A DNA stretch of 50,563 nucleotides from positions 1 to 50,563 of the forward strand of contig JBMFKQ010000008.1 in NCBI GenBank assembly GCA_049972095.1, in the 5' to 3' direction. Of the stretch, positions 47,336 through 50,563 are shown in pieces (within the stretch, counting starts at the first letter, position 1; the number at the start of each line of letters is the position of its first letter). Source of the DNA: Elusimicrobiales bacterium (GTDB taxonomy: Bacteria; Elusimicrobiota; Elusimicrobia; Elusimicrobiales; UBA9959). A program made the translations under genes and the position numbers. The notes beneath the pieces were generated by a model. The model did not search any database, was not told the DNA's origin, and was given only the letters and a program-made list of their open reading frames with translations.

Positions 47336-48999
47336 TGTATTTAGTAAACATTCTTGCTACATTATTTATCATGGCTGGTGAAAACACATCTGCTATCACC
47401 GGTATTAACTTTTCAGACAACCTTATAAATATAATCTACTCTGGTCCAAAGATAAACTTTCAGGTTTCAAAAAAATCAGATGAAGAGTTTTCAATAATGC
47501 TTGAAAGATGCACTCTTAAGACAGATAAAGAATACTCATTTAACTCTGGAGATGTGAAAAGTATAACTGCAAGGCAGGAAAAGGATGGGGTTAGGATTGA
47601 TGTTTATATGAGAACTCCATTTGATTACTCTGTTTTTGAGGGGGATAAGATAATAAGTATTAAGCTTAGATCCATTGCCTTATCTAAATCTAAGAGCATC
47701 AAGATTATACCAGCGAAGAAACCTTCTCTTTCTTCATCATCTAAAAGCACTGATCTAATTGACAATCTTCCTAAATATCGTGTTGATGTAGATTATGCAG
47801 ATACAAGCATAAGGACTGTTATAATACAGATGTTGCAAAGGGCTGGTATAAATGTTATATTTGACAGCGATGTTGGTGGAGATATAACGGTTTCTTTGAG
47901 GGGGGTTGCTTTTAATGAAGCTTTTAAAACTGTTTTGAATATGAAAGGGCTTGTTGCACAGCAGATTGGAGATAATGTGATAAGAATAACTACGGCTAAA
48001 AAGATTCGTGATGAGCAAAGTAGCACACTGCTTCAAACAAAGATCTTTTTTTTAAACTATGTAAAAGCCTCAGATCTAAAAACTCAGATAGAATCTATTT
48101 CTCAGGCTGAGGGTAGGACAACATCAAAATGCAATGTTGATGAAACTAATAATGCTCTTATAGTTACAGATACCCCTTATGGTCTTGATGTTGTTGAGAA
48201 GCTTGTTAAAGATCTTGATAGGATGCCAAAACAGGTTCTCATAGAAGCAAAGCTTGTTGAGGTATCTCTTGACAGTGGTCTTTACACAGGTGTGCAGTGG
48301 GGTGTTGAAAGAAGGAATGAAACAACACAGATAGGGATGGGTAATACTGAAAATGTTGTTAAGGATCTTCAAGGAAATCCTCTCTATGCACTTCCATTTT
48401 ATGGTTTAGGCTCTGGTACTGGAGTTTCTCTTACGCCTGAGCAGATTTATGGTTCTTTTAGGTTTCTTAAGGTCACATCAAAGACACTTCTTGACGCAAC
48501 AATATCTGCGGCTGTAAAAAAGGGTAAAGCAAATGTACTTTCAAATCCGAAGATAGCAACCCTTAACAACACACAGGCGACAATAAACATAACAAATCAG
48601 ATACCTTATGTTACCACAGAGATAACAAACACATCAGGTGGTTCTGTGTCCTCAACAAAGGTTACATACATAACAGCTGGAATTGTTTTAAAGGTTCTTC
48701 CAACAATAACCGCTGATGGCAAGATAGTTATGAAGATATCCCCTAAGGTTTCAAAACCATCTCAGACAGCTCAATTTCAACCACCATCAATAGATGAAAG
48801 AACTGCTGATACGACTGTTGTTGTGGAGGATGGTGATACAATTGCCATAGGTGGGCTTATACATGATTCTGAAAGTGAATATGTCTATAAGGTTCCTCTT
48901 TTTGGTGATATACCAATCATAGGATATCTTTTCAAGAAAAAGACCAAAGAAAGAAATAGGATGGAGCTCATTATATTTGTCACACCAAAGATAATTTGA
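47332..48999 (+). CDS. pilQ: type IV pilus secretin PilQ
   Basis: AMIN-like N-terminus, N0/N3 domains, QVLIEAKLVEV, LSNPKIAT, IGGL, KVPLFGDIPIIGYLFK, ELIIFVTPKII. Confidence 0.92.
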   Translation: MMYLVNILATLFIMAGENTSAITGINFSDNLINIIYSGPKINFQVSKKSDEEFSIMLERCTLKTDKEYSFNSGDVKSITARQEKDGVRIDVYMRTPFDYSVFEGDKIISIKLRSIALSKSKSIKIIPAKKPSLSSSSKSTDLIDNLPKYRVDVDYADTSIRTVIIQMLQRAGINVIFDSDVGGDITVSLRGVAFNEAFKTVLNMKGLVAQQIGDNVIRITTAKKIRDEQSSTLLQTKIFFLNYVKASDLKTQIESISQAEGRTTSKCNVDETNNALIVTDTPYGLDVVEKLVKDLDRMPKQVLIEAKLVEVSLDSGLYTGVQWGVERRNETTQIGMGNTENVVKDLQGNPLYALPFYGLGSGTGVSLTPEQIYGSFRFLKVTSKTLLDATISAAVKKGKANVLSNPKIATLNNTQATINITNQIPYVTTEITNTSGGSVSSTKVTYITAGIVLKVLPTITADGKIVMKISPKVSKPSQTAQFQPPSIDERTADTTVVVEDGDTIAIGGLIHDSESEYVYKVPLFGDIPIIGYLFKKKTKERNRMELIIFVTPKII

Positions 49000-50450
49000 T
49001 GTTGGATGAAAAAAAATTTTCTTTGGCTCTGGAATTTAAAAATATTGCTCATATTCTGCCTTTTATACATATTGTTGTTTACCCTTTTATTGGAGTGCTT
49101 TCATATTCAGTTTTAAATGTAATTTCTATTCTTGCTTTTATATCTGTGATTTATTCCTCTATCTCTGAAACTAGATTAGTTATTTATCATCATACCTTTT
49201 ATCTTTTTCTTTTTTTCTTTGTTTACCTTTTTTCTTATATTTTTAGTCCTGTTAGAGATATAATATCTGCAGAGAATATAAATTTCCTTATGGGTTTTTT
49301 GATATTCTTAACGGTTTTTTACTCTAAAGGCTATGGGCTGAAAGGATATATTCTATGGATGTATATAGCTCTTATAATTTTTTTGATTGAGGAGATAATA
49401 GGCTCATCCCATAAGGGAAACACGAACCTTATGGCTTTTATTTTTATTATTTTTTCGGGATTACTTCTTGAAGAAAAAAGATATTACCATGCAGTTATTT
49501 TCTTTGTATCCATTCTCATTACTAAATCTATAGCCGCAGTCTTCTCAATACTTGTTGCAGCCCTTGTTTATCTTTTTGACAATAGAAAGGCAATTGAGTG
49601 GAAAAATAATGCTTTTGCCATTAGCGTGATTTGTGTGTTATGTTTCTCTCTTTTTTATTTTGTTGATGTATCATCACTCACAGATAGATTTGAGTGGTGG
49701 AAGGTTGGTGTGAGAATGTTTTTAGAAAGACCATTTGCCGGCTGGGGTTACTCATCATTTACATACATACTTCCTGCATTTTCACATTCATCGTTAAAAA
49801 CTCTCTATACACATAATCATTTTCTTTCTGTTCTCTGTGAAGGTGGGATTCTTGCGTTTGTTGTTTGGATTTATTTTATTGCAAGAACACTTACCTCTGC
49901 CTTTGGGGTTTCAAGGTATGTTCTTGTTGCTGTATTTGTAGATTCTTTTTTTGATATAGGTCCAGATACATCGTGTGGTTGGTGGCTTGTTATGTTTTAT
50001 ATTGCAAAAAGCTTAAAAACAAGATCATCTCCTTTAATAATAGTATCAATAGAGTATAAAAAGATTGCTTACGGATTAATTGTTATAGCAGTTTTTTTTC
50101 TTTTAAAATTTATTTGTTTCAGCTATTCTCTGTGGAAGATTGAAAAAACGGTAAAAGAAATTTTTTCTTCCTCTGATATTCATTCATCCATAATTCTTGC
50201 TGACAAGGCTTTAAAAAACTATCCAAAAAGCATAGATATAGCCGAGGCAAGGGCATATGCATATCTTAAACTTGCAAGGAGCAATCCACCTGCTATCATT
50301 GATTATCTTAAATCCCTTGAATATATACTTGTTTTAAATCCATATAGAGATGATATTTATAACATTCTTCTCAAATATTATTCAAAGGCTGACAGGAAGG
50401 TATATAGAGATATTTTTTTAAGGAAGAATAAATACATTAAGATCAAATGA
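48996..50450 (+). CDS. O-antigen ligase (Wzy_C) family membrane protein with helical C-terminus
   Basis: Many TM helices; NTNLMA, TKS, DRFEWW...ERPFAGWG...HNHFL...EGG. Confidence 0.8.
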   Translation: MMLDEKKFSLALEFKNIAHILPFIHIVVYPFIGVLSYSVLNVISILAFISVIYSSISETRLVIYHHTFYLFLFFFVYLFSYIFSPVRDIISAENINFLMGFLIFLTVFYSKGYGLKGYILWMYIALIIFLIEEIIGSSHKGNTNLMAFIFIIFSGLLLEEKRYYHAVIFFVSILITKSIAAVFSILVAALVYLFDNRKAIEWKNNAFAISVICVLCFSLFYFVDVSSLTDRFEWWKVGVRMFLERPFAGWGYSSFTYILPAFSHSSLKTLYTHNHFLSVLCEGGILAFVVWIYFIARTLTSAFGVSRYVLVAVFVDSFFDIGPDTSCGWWLVMFYIAKSLKTRSSPLIIVSIEYKKIAYGLIVIAVFFLLKFICFSYSLWKIEKTVKEIFSSSDIHSSIILADKALKNYPKSIDIAEARAYAYLKLARSNPPAIIDYLKSLEYILVLNPYRDDIYNILLKYYSKADRKVYRDIFLRKNKYIKIK

Positions 50451-50563
50451 ATGAAAATCAGATAGTTTTAAAAAAAATAAAGTGCATAATCTCGGATACT
50501 TATCTTTATCTCTATATCAAATCAGAAAAATACCAATAAAGCAAAAGGGCTTGAAATGATTGG

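Noticed and set aside
1550..49070. Short 60-135 aa antisense or alternate-frame ORFs in the track
   Set aside because: They overlap well-supported genes and show no recognisable motifs; treated as shadow ORFs.
50447..50563. Possible gene at the right edge
   Set aside because: The plus frame from ATG 50447 closes after 30 codons and the minus frames stop early; too little sequence to call.
1..50563. CRISPR array, tRNA/rRNA genes, transposase, integrase or prophage genes
   Set aside because: No regularly spaced repeats, cloverleaf or rRNA signatures, or mobile-element ORFs were seen by eye; the few intergenic gaps are short.

Overview
AT-rich bacterial chromosomal window with almost all genes on the + strand. 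It encodes a diderm envelope (Pal, CpoB, TolB, PilQ), an hrcA/CIRCE heat-shock operon and unusual pilin genes, which suggests Elusimicrobiota or a related lineage (inference). Most of it is housekeeping: sppA, polX, nnrE, tdk, carbamate kinase, a thrC-like gene, recG, tilS, alaS, zapB/zapA-like genes, rarA, tlyA, hrcA-grpE-dnaK-dnaJ-rsmE-mtaB, a 2-oxoacid:ferredoxin oxidoreductase and pilMNOPQ. The most interesting parts are: (1) a coupled three-gene unit of a radical SAM/SPASM enzyme, a methyltransferase and a small lipoprotein ending in a Cys-X7-Cys motif, a candidate lipoprotein/RiPP-like maturation system; (2) a minor-pilin cluster with an 841-aa multidomain pilin and a Cys-rich PilX-like protein; (3) a decayed cassette-like region at the left edge (restriction-enzyme remnant, attC-like hairpin, second pseudogene); (4) a divergent ECF sigma / zinc anti-sigma locus; (5) a 49-aa ORF and two structured intergenic elements absent from the ORF track. 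The track labels TolB (19222..20526) as +, but the sequence shows it is on the minus strand. All family assignments come from reading motifs by eye; no searches were run.
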